DNA of 64,000 bases, taken from NCBI GenBank assembly GCA_001657395.1, contig LYSY01000012.1, positions 18,909 to 82,908 of the forward strand, given 5' to 3'. The notes beneath the pieces were generated by a model. It ran no database searches and had not been told where the DNA came from. It saw only the letters and a list, made by a program, of their open reading frames with translations. Every line of letters starts with the position of its first letter. Position 1 is the first letter of the stretch. Below, piece by piece: positions 9,148-17,153 of this stretch. The stretch comes from Rhodospirillales bacterium BBD 1991-14. GTDB lineage: Bacteria > Pseudomonadota > Alphaproteobacteria > Kiloniellales > Kiloniellaceae. The position numbers and the translations under genes were made by a program.

Positions 9148-9175
9148 ATTGTATAATTTACCGAAATGATACAAT
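9148..9175. promoter_or_regulatory. AT-rich inverted repeat ATTGTAT-N14-ATACAAT; candidate GntR-type operator/promoter of the ABC operon
   Basis: Perfect 7-bp arms at 9148-9154 and 9169-9175 in a locally AT-rich patch that includes TATAAT at 9152-9157. It lies between the GntR gene and the first transporter gene, and the GT...AC half-site logic resembles GntR operators. Confidence 0.35.
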
Positions 9176-9290
9176 ATTGCGGAAAGACAGGGGCATCCGC
9201 GCGCGGGCTGAAGCTGTGATGGCGGGCAAGCGGGGCGGACAGAATGCGGGGCGGACAAACCGCCCCGGCAGACATGGAGGCAAATCGGCA

Positions 9291-10370
9291 ATGAAGCGCT
9301 TTTTCACGACGGCATCGACGGCCGCCCTGGCCGTGGCACTGGGTGCAGGGGCTATGGGCACCTTGGGCCTGGGGGCAGGGGCCGCCCTGGCCGCGGACAA
9401 GATCGTCATCTCCAACTGGGACGGCTACATGCCCAAGGACCTGCCGGAGAAGTTCAAGGCGGAGACCGGCATCGAAGTGGAGGTCGCCCTCCACGCGACC
9501 AATGAGGAGATCATGGGCAAGGTCGTGGCCGGCAAGGGCAAGGGCTACGACGTGCTCTTCGTGTCCTCGCCCTTCGCGGAGGTCCTGAACAAGCTCGATC
9601 TTTCGGCGCCGATCGATCACGCGAAGGTGCCGAACTTCGCCAATCTCTACCCGGAAGCGGCCAGCCTGGAATACGACCCGGGCAACACCTTCTCAGCCCC
9701 CTACGCCTGGGGCACCACCGGCCTCTGCTACCGCTCCGACCTGGTCGAGGGCACGCCGTCGAGCTGGAACGATCTCCTGAACCCGAGCGACGCCTTGAAG
9801 GGCAAGGTCACCATGCTGGCCACCGACCGCTGGCTGATGGCCGCCGGCATGCTGGCCAAGGGGTATTCGGTGAACGAAACCAGCCAGGCCAAGATCGACG
9901 AGGTGAAGTCCCAGCTCATCGAGACGAAGAAGGACCTGCTGGCTTACGACGACACCACCTTCTATTCGAAGCTGGTCTCTGGGGAGGCCAGCCTCGTCCA
10001 TGCCTGGGACGGCTGGTGCAACTACGGAATCGCCGAGAACGAAGACATCAAGTACGTCATCCCGCAGGAGGGGACGGACCTCTGGGTCGACACCATGGTG
10101 ATCACCGCGGCCTCGGAAAACAAAGACGCTGCGCACGAGTTCATCAACTACATTCTCAGCGCCGACAACGGCAAGTGGGTGGCCGAGAACATCCTCTACA
10201 AGGTGCCCAACAAGGCGGCCATGGAGGCCCTGGACAGCGGCTTGCTGGCAAGCTTTCCCAATCTCGACATGGCGCCGGCCGATATGATGAAGCAGGAACA
10301 GCTCCGCGATCTCGGCTCCGCCCAGAAGGCCTACACCAAGGCCGTCACGGAGATCACGGCGTCGAACTGA
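9291..10370 (+). CDS. ABC transporter periplasmic substrate-binding protein, PotD/PotF (polyamine/amine) family
   Basis: Signal peptide MKRFFTTASTAALAVALGAGAMGTLGLGAGAALA, then the family-typical ISNWDGYMP, YDVLFVSSP and GTDLWVDTMVI. Start set at ATG 9291 within ORF 9177..10370. Confidence 0.9.
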   Translation: MKRFFTTASTAALAVALGAGAMGTLGLGAGAALAADKIVISNWDGYMPKDLPEKFKAETGIEVEVALHATNEEIMGKVVAGKGKGYDVLFVSSPFAEVLNKLDLSAPIDHAKVPNFANLYPEAASLEYDPGNTFSAPYAWGTTGLCYRSDLVEGTPSSWNDLLNPSDALKGKVTMLATDRWLMAAGMLAKGYSVNETSQAKIDEVKSQLIETKKDLLAYDDTTFYSKLVSGEASLVHAWDGWCNYGIAENEDIKYVIPQEGTDLWVDTMVITAASENKDAAHEFINYILSADNGKWVAENILYKVPNKAAMEALDSGLLASFPNLDMAPADMMKQEQLRDLGSAQKAYTKAVTEITASN

Positions 10371-10391
10371 CCGGTACCGGACCGGAAGGCC

Positions 10392-10424
10392 GCCGCCGGG
10401 CTGCGTTGCGCCGCGCCCGGCGGC
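10392..10424 (+). promoter_or_regulatory. Intercistronic stem-loop after the binding-protein gene
   Basis: Perfect 10-bp stem GCCGCCGGGC/GCCCGGCGGC with a 13-nt loop and no U-tract. This is typical placement for a hairpin that stabilises or attenuates the SBP message. Confidence 0.35.
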
Positions 10425-10472
10425 AGTCCTTTACCGTCCCTGATCCGCATCACCCTCGGTAGCATCGCCGTC

Positions 10473-11333
10473 ATGAACAGCCAACGCAGATCGCTTGTTC
10501 TGGCCCTGCCCGGTCTCGGCTGGCTGACGGTCTTCATGATCGTTCCCTGTCTGATCGTCTTTTTCTTCAGCTTCTTCGAGCGCGGCGTCTATGGCGGGAT
10601 CGAATACAGCTTCGGCTTCGACAACTTTCTGCGTGCCGCCGAGCCCATCTATCTCTCGATCTTTCTCGGCTCGGCGCGCATTGCCGGCCTGGCCACCCTG
10701 ATTGCGGTGGTCATCGCCTATCCGGCCGCCTATGCCATCTCGCTGGCCCGCAAGGACCGGCAGAACACCTATCTGTTCCTGGTCATGCTGCCGTTCTGGA
10801 GCAACTATCTGATCCGCACCTATGCCTGGATCGTCCTGCTGAACCGCGAAGGCCTGATCAACAAGGCGCTCGCCGGCGCCGGCATCATCACCGAGCCGCT
10901 GCCCATTCTGTACAACGACTTCGCGGTGGTCACGGGGCTGGTCTACAACTACCTGCCATTCGTCATCCTGGCGATCTACGCCTCGCTGCAGCGCCTCAAT
11001 CCGGAACTGCGGGAAGCGTCGACGGATCTGGGGGCTCCGGCCTGGGTGACGTTTCTTCGCGTGACCCTGCCGCTGACCCTGCCGGGCGTAGCCGCCGGCG
11101 CGGTCTTTGTCTTCGTGCTCTCCATCGGGAACTTCATCACGCCCGATCTGCTGGGCGGGGGGCGCATCCAGATGGTCGGCAACCTGATCTACGATCAGTT
11201 CCTGTCCGCGCGCGACTGGCCCTTCGGCGCCGCGCTGTCGCTGATCCTGATCTTCATCATGATGCTGCTGCTGTTCACCCAGGCGGTCCTCGTCAACCGG
11301 GCCCAGCAGGCCAGGGCTGCGCCCGATGGCTAG
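10473..11333 (+). CDS. ABC transporter permease (PotB/PotH-like)
   Basis: Six-TM profile with the EAA-type loop ASTDLGAPAWVTFLRVTLPLTLPG. Confidence 0.9.
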   Translation: MNSQRRSLVLALPGLGWLTVFMIVPCLIVFFFSFFERGVYGGIEYSFGFDNFLRAAEPIYLSIFLGSARIAGLATLIAVVIAYPAAYAISLARKDRQNTYLFLVMLPFWSNYLIRTYAWIVLLNREGLINKALAGAGIITEPLPILYNDFAVVTGLVYNYLPFVILAIYASLQRLNPELREASTDLGAPAWVTFLRVTLPLTLPGVAAGAVFVFVLSIGNFITPDLLGGGRIQMVGNLIYDQFLSARDWPFGAALSLILIFIMMLLLFTQAVLVNRAQQARAAPDG

Positions 11334-12114
11334 GGCGGCAATCGCACAGCGGGCGCTGGCTGCCCATCTGGCCCTGACCTACGGGTTTCTCTACGGCCCC
11401 ATCCTGGTGCTGATGGTTCTCAGCTTCAACCGGGCCGGCCTGCCGACGGCCTGGACCGGGTTTTCGCTCGACTGGTACGTCACCCTGGCAGAGAGCCCGG
11501 AGATTCTGGCCGCCGCCCTCAACACCATCATCGTGGCGGTCGTTTCGACCGCCATCGCCACCACGCTGGGGACACTGCTGGCGCTGGGGGTGGAGCGGCG
11601 CCGGCAGTCGAACGCGGTCGATGCGCTGCTGTTCGCGCCGATGATCATTCCCGATATCGTGCTGGCCATCGCGCTGCTGTCGTTCTTCACCCTGCTGGAG
11701 GTGACTCTCGGCCTGCATTCCATCATTCTTTCGCACGTGGTGTTCAACATAGCCTTCGTCTGCGCGGTGGTGCGCACGCGCCTGAAGCATTTCGACTATG
11801 CCATTGTCGAGGCCTCCATCGACCTCGGTGCGGACCGCTTCACCACCTTTCGCCGGGTCACGCTGCCGGTGATCTTTCCGGGGGTACTGGCAGGTGCTCT
11901 GCTGGCTTTCACGCTTTCTTTCGACGAGTTCATCATCGCTTTCTTCACTGCCGGCGCCGGCGCCAGCTCGACGACGCTGCCGATGCGCATCTATTCGATG
12001 ATCCGCTTCGGCGTGACGCCGGAGATCAACGCCATGGCGACGATCATCATGCTGATCAGCTTCACGCTGGTGTTCTTCTCCCAGCGCCTCAACCGCGCAA
12101 CGGTGACCGACTGA
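11326..12114 (+). CDS. ABC transporter permease (PotC/PotI-like)
   Basis: Six-TM profile with the EAA loop EASIDLGADRFTTFRRVTLPVIFPG. Overlaps the upstream gene by 8 nt. Confidence 0.9.
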   Translation: MARAAIAQRALAAHLALTYGFLYGPILVLMVLSFNRAGLPTAWTGFSLDWYVTLAESPEILAAALNTIIVAVVSTAIATTLGTLLALGVERRRQSNAVDALLFAPMIIPDIVLAIALLSFFTLLEVTLGLHSIILSHVVFNIAFVCAVVRTRLKHFDYAIVEASIDLGADRFTTFRRVTLPVIFPGVLAGALLAFTLSFDEFIIAFFTAGAGASSTTLPMRIYSMIRFGVTPEINAMATIIMLISFTLVFFSQRLNRATVTD

Positions 12115-13220
12115 TGGCGGGCGGGACGGTCATCTCCCTGCAAGGGGTCACCAAGCGCTTCGGCGGGCTGACGGCGGTCGACGGCGTCTCCGTGGACCTG
12201 GCGGAGGGGGAGTTTTTCGCCCTCCTGGGCCCCTCGGGCTGCGGCAAGACGACCCTGCTGCGCATGGTCGCCGGCTTCGAGGAACCGGACGAAGGCGCGA
12301 TCCTTCTGGACGGCCAGGACATGGCGCGGCTCGGCGCCAACCGGCGGCCCATCAACCTGATGTTCCAGTCCTACGCTCTGTTCCCGCACATGGACGTGCG
12401 CCGGAACATCTCCTACGGGCTGGAGATGGAGCGGCTCGCCAAGGGGGAGATCGCCCGCAGGGTCGATGAAATCCTCGAACAGACCCAGCTCTCGGCCCTG
12501 GCCCACCGCAAGCCGGCCCAGCTCTCCGGCGGCCAGCGGCAGCGCGTGGCGCTGGCCCGTGCCCTGATCAAGCGGCCGCGGGTGCTGCTTCTGGACGAGC
12601 CCCTGGGCGCCCTCGACAAGAAGCTGCGCGAACAGATGCAGCTCGAACTGAAGCGGCTCCAGCACGAATTCGGCATCACCTTCGTGGTGGTCACCCACGA
12701 CCAGGAAGAGGCCCTGGTGCTGGCCGACCGCATCGCCCTGATGAACGGCGGGCGCATCGTTCAACTGGACGCCCCGCGGGCGCTCTACGAGGAGCCCCGG
12801 ACCCGCTTTGCCGCCCAGTTCATCGGCCTGACCAACCTCTTCGAGGGCCGGGCCGTGGCGGGCGGCATCGAGATCGCCGGCCTGGGGCCGCTCCAGGCGG
12901 CCTGCGATCTGCAGGCGGGATCCGCCTGCGCGCTTTCCGTACGGCCGGAGCGCATCGTGCTCGCCAGGGGCAGAATGACGGAGGGCTACAACGCCGTCTC
13001 CGGCGAGATCACCGACATCGCCTACCTCGGCCAGAGCGAGAATCTTCTGGTCGCCGTGGACGGCTACGAGACGCCGCTTTCGGTGTGCGTCGCGCCAGAC
13101 AACCGGGCAGGCGCTCGGACGGACGACCGGACAGGCGACCGGGAAGCCCAGCGCCACCGTGTCGGCGAAACGGTGTGGTGCCATTGGCGGCCTGCGCACG
13201 GCCGTATCCTTACAGACTGA
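12114..13220 (+). CDS. ABC transporter ATP-binding protein (PotA-like)
   Basis: Walker A GPSGCGKTT, signature LSGGQRQRVALARAL, Walker B LLLDEP, and a C-terminal TOBE-like domain. ATGA overlap with the upstream permease. Confidence 0.92.
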   Translation: MAGGTVISLQGVTKRFGGLTAVDGVSVDLAEGEFFALLGPSGCGKTTLLRMVAGFEEPDEGAILLDGQDMARLGANRRPINLMFQSYALFPHMDVRRNISYGLEMERLAKGEIARRVDEILEQTQLSALAHRKPAQLSGGQRQRVALARALIKRPRVLLLDEPLGALDKKLREQMQLELKRLQHEFGITFVVVTHDQEEALVLADRIALMNGGRIVQLDAPRALYEEPRTRFAAQFIGLTNLFEGRAVAGGIEIAGLGPLQAACDLQAGSACALSVRPERIVLARGRMTEGYNAVSGEITDIAYLGQSENLLVAVDGYETPLSVCVAPDNRAGARTDDRTGDREAQRHRVGETVWCHWRPAHGRILTD

Positions 13221-13238
13221 CCTTCCAGAGAGGATGCC

Positions 13239-14531
13239 ATGAGCAACAAAACGATCGCATTCTTCCCCGAGGCCGCCTTCGGCCCGGCCCTCAACTCGGT
13301 TGGCATCGCTCAGGCGGTCGAAAAGCTGGGGCACAAGGCCGTCTTCCTCTCGGACCCCGGCTTTGTCGAGGTTTATGAAGGCTACGGTTTCCAATGCCAT
13401 CCGGTGAACCTCTCCGAACCGATGCCGGCGGAAGAGATGGCGAAGTTCTGGGAGGACTTCATCAACGGGCACATTCCGAACTTTGCCAAGAGCCCGATCG
13501 ATCAGATCGACAACTACGTCAAGGAGTGCTGGGAAGCCATTGTGGACAGCGCCAAGTGGGCGGAGAAAGACCTGCCCGGCGTGCTGGAAAAGGTGCAGCC
13601 GGATGTGATCTGCGTCGACAACGTCATCCTCTTTCCGGCGATCAAGCGCTATGCGAAGGAGAACGGCAAACCCTGGGTGCGCATCATCTCCTGCTCCGAG
13701 AACGAGATCGAAGATCCGGCGATCCCGCCACATCTCTCGGGCTGCGGGGAGAAGGACAGCGACTGCCACGCCCGCTACCGTGCGCGGTTCAACGAGGTCA
13801 TCAAGCCGATCCATGACGATTTCAACGGCTTCCTCGAAAGCTGCGGAGAGGCGGCCTATCCCCTCGGCGAGTTCTTCGAAGCCTCCCCGCATATGAACTT
13901 CCTGCTCTATCCCGAACCGGTGCGCTTCGACCGCGCCCAGCCGCTCGATCCGGCGCGCTTTCAATACCTCGAGGGCTGCGTGCGCGAGGACGAGCCCTAC
14001 ACGGTGCCGACCTTCAAGGCGCACAACGACAAGCCGCTGCTCTATGTGAGCTTCGGTTCCCTCGGTGCCGGTGACACGGATCTCCTGAAGCGGCTGATCG
14101 CTGCCCTCTCGAAGCTGGAGCTGCGGGCGCTGGTGAATGTGGGCGACTACATGGCAGCCTACGACAGCGTGCCGGACAACGTGCATCTCGCGAGCTGGTA
14201 TCCCCAGCCCTCGGTCATTCCACAGGTCGATGCGGTGATCCATCACGGCGGCAACAACAGCTTCACGGAATGCCTTTACTTCGGCAAGCCGGCGATCATC
14301 ATGCCCTATGTCTGGGACGGTCACGACAACGCGACCCGGGTGCAGGAAACCGGTCACGGCTTCAAGCTTGACCGCTACCAGTGGACCGAGGAAGAGCTTG
14401 CGGAAAAGATCAAAGTCATGCTGAGCGATCCGGCGATGCGGGAAAGGCTGGATGCGACGGCCAGGCACTCCCAGGGGCAGCACGGTCCCAGCAAGGCGGC
14501 CGGCATTCTGGATCGTCTGGCGGCGGGGTGA
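13239..14531 (+). CDS. GT1-family (UDP-glycosyltransferase/MGT-like) glycosyltransferase
   Basis: C-terminal nucleotide-sugar binding signature WYPQPSVIPQVDAVIHHGGNNSFTECLYFGKPAIIMPYVWDGHDNATRVQETGHG. About 430 aa with a GT-B layout. RBS AGAGGA precedes the ATG. Confidence 0.8.
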   Translation: MSNKTIAFFPEAAFGPALNSVGIAQAVEKLGHKAVFLSDPGFVEVYEGYGFQCHPVNLSEPMPAEEMAKFWEDFINGHIPNFAKSPIDQIDNYVKECWEAIVDSAKWAEKDLPGVLEKVQPDVICVDNVILFPAIKRYAKENGKPWVRIISCSENEIEDPAIPPHLSGCGEKDSDCHARYRARFNEVIKPIHDDFNGFLESCGEAAYPLGEFFEASPHMNFLLYPEPVRFDRAQPLDPARFQYLEGCVREDEPYTVPTFKAHNDKPLLYVSFGSLGAGDTDLLKRLIAALSKLELRALVNVGDYMAAYDSVPDNVHLASWYPQPSVIPQVDAVIHHGGNNSFTECLYFGKPAIIMPYVWDGHDNATRVQETGHGFKLDRYQWTEEELAEKIKVMLSDPAMRERLDATARHSQGQHGPSKAAGILDRLAAG

Positions 14532-14626
14532 GCCACGGTGAGGGCGGTCTTGTGCGCCCTCCCTGACGCTCCCTCTGCCGCAGGTTTTACTTGGTCTCTC
14601 ATTTGTTCTGAAAGGAACGCTGTACC

Positions 14627-14995
14627 TTGCCCACGAACCTCAGATCCTCGGCGCCGCACATCGCCGGAGCCTCCCGCTGGAAGGAAGAACTGGTCGACTG
14701 GGGCGGTCACTTGGAGCCTATCGACGGCAAGTCGACCAATGCCGGACGCCTGCTCTGGAAGGGGGAGCGCGACGGGCTGCCGGAGGCCGGCATTTGGGAC
14801 TGTACGCCGGGGAGCTGGCGGCTCGAACTGCCGCGCGACGAGCTCTGCCACTTCGTCTCCGGCCGTGCCACCTACAGTCGGGACGACGGCGAGGTGATCG
14901 AAGTGGCCCCCGGCACCGTCGTGCACTTTCGCGAAGGCTGGACCGGTACCGTCACGGTGCATGAAACCATCCGCAGCATCTATATGCTGCGTTGA
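14627..14995 (+). CDS. Cupin_3 (DUF861/EutQ-like) small cupin protein, copy 1
   Basis: GIWDCTPGSWRLELPRDELCHFVSGRATYSRDDGEVIEVAPGTVVHFREGWTGTVTVHETIRSIYML is the DUF861-type pattern. TTG start with AAAGGAA upstream. Confidence 0.7.
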   Translation: MPTNLRSSAPHIAGASRWKEELVDWGGHLEPIDGKSTNAGRLLWKGERDGLPEAGIWDCTPGSWRLELPRDELCHFVSGRATYSRDDGEVIEVAPGTVVHFREGWTGTVTVHETIRSIYMLR

Positions 14996-15009
14996 TCGAG
15001 GACCCTGCG

Positions 15010-15384
15010 ATGAGCCATGCGAACAAGGACAAGAGCCAGACTGCGACCCCGGTGATGCGCGATCCCAGGTCTGTTGGGGAAACGGTCGACTGGGGTCTTG
15101 TCCCGACGATGATCGAAGGCGAGAGCCGGACCTCCGGGAAGCTGCTGTACAAAGGGCCCGGGGGCAGCCCGGAGTCCGGTATATGGATCTGCACGCCGGG
15201 CTATTGGGACTGCCACGTCACTGCCGACGAGCTGTGCCACTTCCTGGAGGGGCGCTGCACCTATACCCACGAGTCCGGCGACGTGATCGAGATCGAGCCG
15301 GATACCGCCGCCTTCTTCCCGGCCGGCTGGAAAGGCACCTGCCGGGTGCATGAAACGGTGCGGAAAGTCTACATGATCCGATGA
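15010..15384 (+). CDS. Cupin_3 (DUF861/EutQ-like) small cupin protein, copy 2 (paralog of the preceding gene)
   Basis: GIWICTPGYWDCHVTADELCHFLEGRCTYTHESGDVIEIEPDTAAFFPAGWKGTCRVHETVRKVYMI aligns colinearly with copy 1, roughly half the positions identical by eye. ATG 15010 has GAGGA 8 nt upstream. Confidence 0.7.
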   Translation: MSHANKDKSQTATPVMRDPRSVGETVDWGLVPTMIEGESRTSGKLLYKGPGGSPESGIWICTPGYWDCHVTADELCHFLEGRCTYTHESGDVIEIEPDTAAFFPAGWKGTCRVHETVRKVYMIR

Positions 15385-15445
15385 GGCGGTCGTTGCAGAG
15401 CCGCCTGCGCCCCGCAGCGCCCCCAACCAAGTGGACTGTGCAGCC

Positions 15446-16954
15446 ATGAGTTTCGATCCGAACCAGCCCTCCTTCTTCATCACGCCCGCCTACATCAGCG
15501 CAAGCGGCGACCCCTTGACGGTGACGGACCCGGCGACGCTGGAGCCGGTCGGCGTCATTGCCGAAGCTTCCGAGGCGGAGCGCGAAAGGGCCCTCGATGC
15601 GGCGCAGGCGGCGCAGCGCCGGTGGAAGCGCGTCGATGCCAAGACCCGGTCCCAGGTTTTGCATCGAATCGCCAATGCCATCGAGGGCCGCGACATGCGC
15701 CGCTGCGCCGAACTGATGTCGCGGGAGATGGGCAAACCCTATCCGGAAGCGATCGGGGAGATCGCCAACTGTGCCGGCGCCTTCCGCTACTTCGCGGAGA
15801 TGGCGCGCGACGAGGCGGGCAAGGTGGCGGGGACGACGCAGACGGGGTCTTTCCAGTTTGCCCGCTACGAGCCGCTGGGCGTCAGCGTCCACATCATGCC
15901 CTTCAATTTCCCGATCCTGCTGATGTGCTGGACCGTGGCGGCGTCGCTGGCCGCCGGCAACGCCTGCGTCGTCAAACCCGCGCTGGCGACGACACTCTCG
16001 ACCCTGGAATTCATGCCGGTCTTCGAGGCCTTGCCGGAGGGGCTGATCTGCTGCCTGCCCGGCGGTGCGGAGCCGGCGCAGGCGCTGATCGCGTCCCCGA
16101 AAACACAGGCCGTGGCCTTCACCGGCTCGGTGGCGGCGGCCAAGGCCGTGGCCACGGCGGCGGCGGCACAGATGAAGCCGGCGGTGATCGAGGCCGGGGG
16201 CAGCGATGCCATGATCGTCAGCGCCAAGGCCCCTCTGGAGGTCGCGGCCAGCGGTGCGGTGACCGCGGCCTTTCACATGTCCGGTCAGGTCTGCACCTCC
16301 GCCGAGCGGTTTTTCGTGGTGGATGCCGTCCACGACGCCTTTCTGGACGCCTTCGTCGCCGCTGCGAAGCGGCTGCGCATCGGCAACGGACTGGCGAAAG
16401 CGGAGATCGGGCCCCTGGTCAGCGAGGCCGCGCGCGACAAGGTCATGGCGCTGGTAGAGGACGCGCTCGGCAAAGGCGCCCTGCTTGCGCTCGGCGGCAA
16501 GGTTCCCGATGACCAGCCGTTGGGCTGGTTCTACGAGCCGACCATACTGACCGGCGTGACGGCGGAGATGGCGGTGATGCAGGAGGAGTGCTTCGGCCCG
16601 GTGGCATCGGTCTGCCGTGTCGCCGACTTCGACGAGGCCCTGGAGCGCGCCAACGACAGCCGCTTCGGGCTCGGCGCCTCGGTCTTCACCACCAGCCTGG
16701 AGGAGGCGATGGAGGCCGCCGAGCGCCTCGAGGCCGGGATGGTCTGGGTGAACAATCCGCTGATCGACAACGACGCCCTGCCGTTCGGCGGCTGGAAGAT
16801 GTCGGGCCTGGGCCGGGAACTGAGCCGGCTCGGGCTGGACGCCTTCCGCCGCTCCAAGATGGTGGTCATCGACCACAAGCCGGCCGTGCAGGACTGGTGG
16901 TACCCCTATCCGGACGACTGGTTCTACGAGAGCGGCGGCCGCAGCCACGTCTAG
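15446..16954 (+). CDS. NAD(P)-dependent aldehyde dehydrogenase
   Basis: ALDH hallmarks FTGSVAAAKAV, EAGGSDAMIV and the catalytic Cys context GQVCTSAERFFV, plus EEPFGP-like EECFGPV. About 500 aa. Confidence 0.9.
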   Translation: MSFDPNQPSFFITPAYISASGDPLTVTDPATLEPVGVIAEASEAERERALDAAQAAQRRWKRVDAKTRSQVLHRIANAIEGRDMRRCAELMSREMGKPYPEAIGEIANCAGAFRYFAEMARDEAGKVAGTTQTGSFQFARYEPLGVSVHIMPFNFPILLMCWTVAASLAAGNACVVKPALATTLSTLEFMPVFEALPEGLICCLPGGAEPAQALIASPKTQAVAFTGSVAAAKAVATAAAAQMKPAVIEAGGSDAMIVSAKAPLEVAASGAVTAAFHMSGQVCTSAERFFVVDAVHDAFLDAFVAAAKRLRIGNGLAKAEIGPLVSEAARDKVMALVEDALGKGALLALGGKVPDDQPLGWFYEPTILTGVTAEMAVMQEECFGPVASVCRVADFDEALERANDSRFGLGASVFTTSLEEAMEAAERLEAGMVWVNNPLIDNDALPFGGWKMSGLGRELSRLGLDAFRRSKMVVIDHKPAVQDWWYPYPDDWFYESGGRSHV

Positions 16955-17105
16955 AGCAGATCCGCGTTTGATGGAATCGGCCCCATCGTCATTTAGGGGG
17001 GCGATCCATAAGCCGGTGAATCTGCTCTACCACTTTGAAATAGAGCGGATTCACATGTTTAGACGGAAACCCGAAGTGTTTCCGTCTAAACATGATCCGC
17101 TCTAG
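16952..17105. repeat. Two adjacent palindromic REP/MITE-like elements sharing TAGAGC(A/G)GAT...ATC(T/C)GCTCTA termini
   Basis: Element A (16952-17029) has an imperfect long hairpin. Element B (17041-17105) has a 27-bp stem that is perfect apart from a 3-nt bulge, around the loop CCGAAGT. They sit between the convergent ALDH and USP genes. Confidence 0.75.
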
Positions 17106-17153
17106 GTCAGCGCCTCGTCTTCGGCCCTTCTTGCCTCTTCCGCGGTACGGACA

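Noticed and set aside
11991-14483. 830-aa ORF on the minus strand spanning the ABC ATPase and GT1 genes
   Set aside because: It is antisense to genes with unambiguous Walker/ABC-signature and GT1 motifs. Its translation is Arg/Gly/Ala/Leu/His-rich and low in complexity, with no recognisable motif. Long stop-free antisense frames are expected in high-GC DNA.
15218-16948. 576-aa minus-strand ORF covering the aldehyde dehydrogenase gene
   Set aside because: It is a shadow ORF. The + strand frame carries the full set of ALDH motifs, while the antisense translation is Arg/Gly-rich with no motif.
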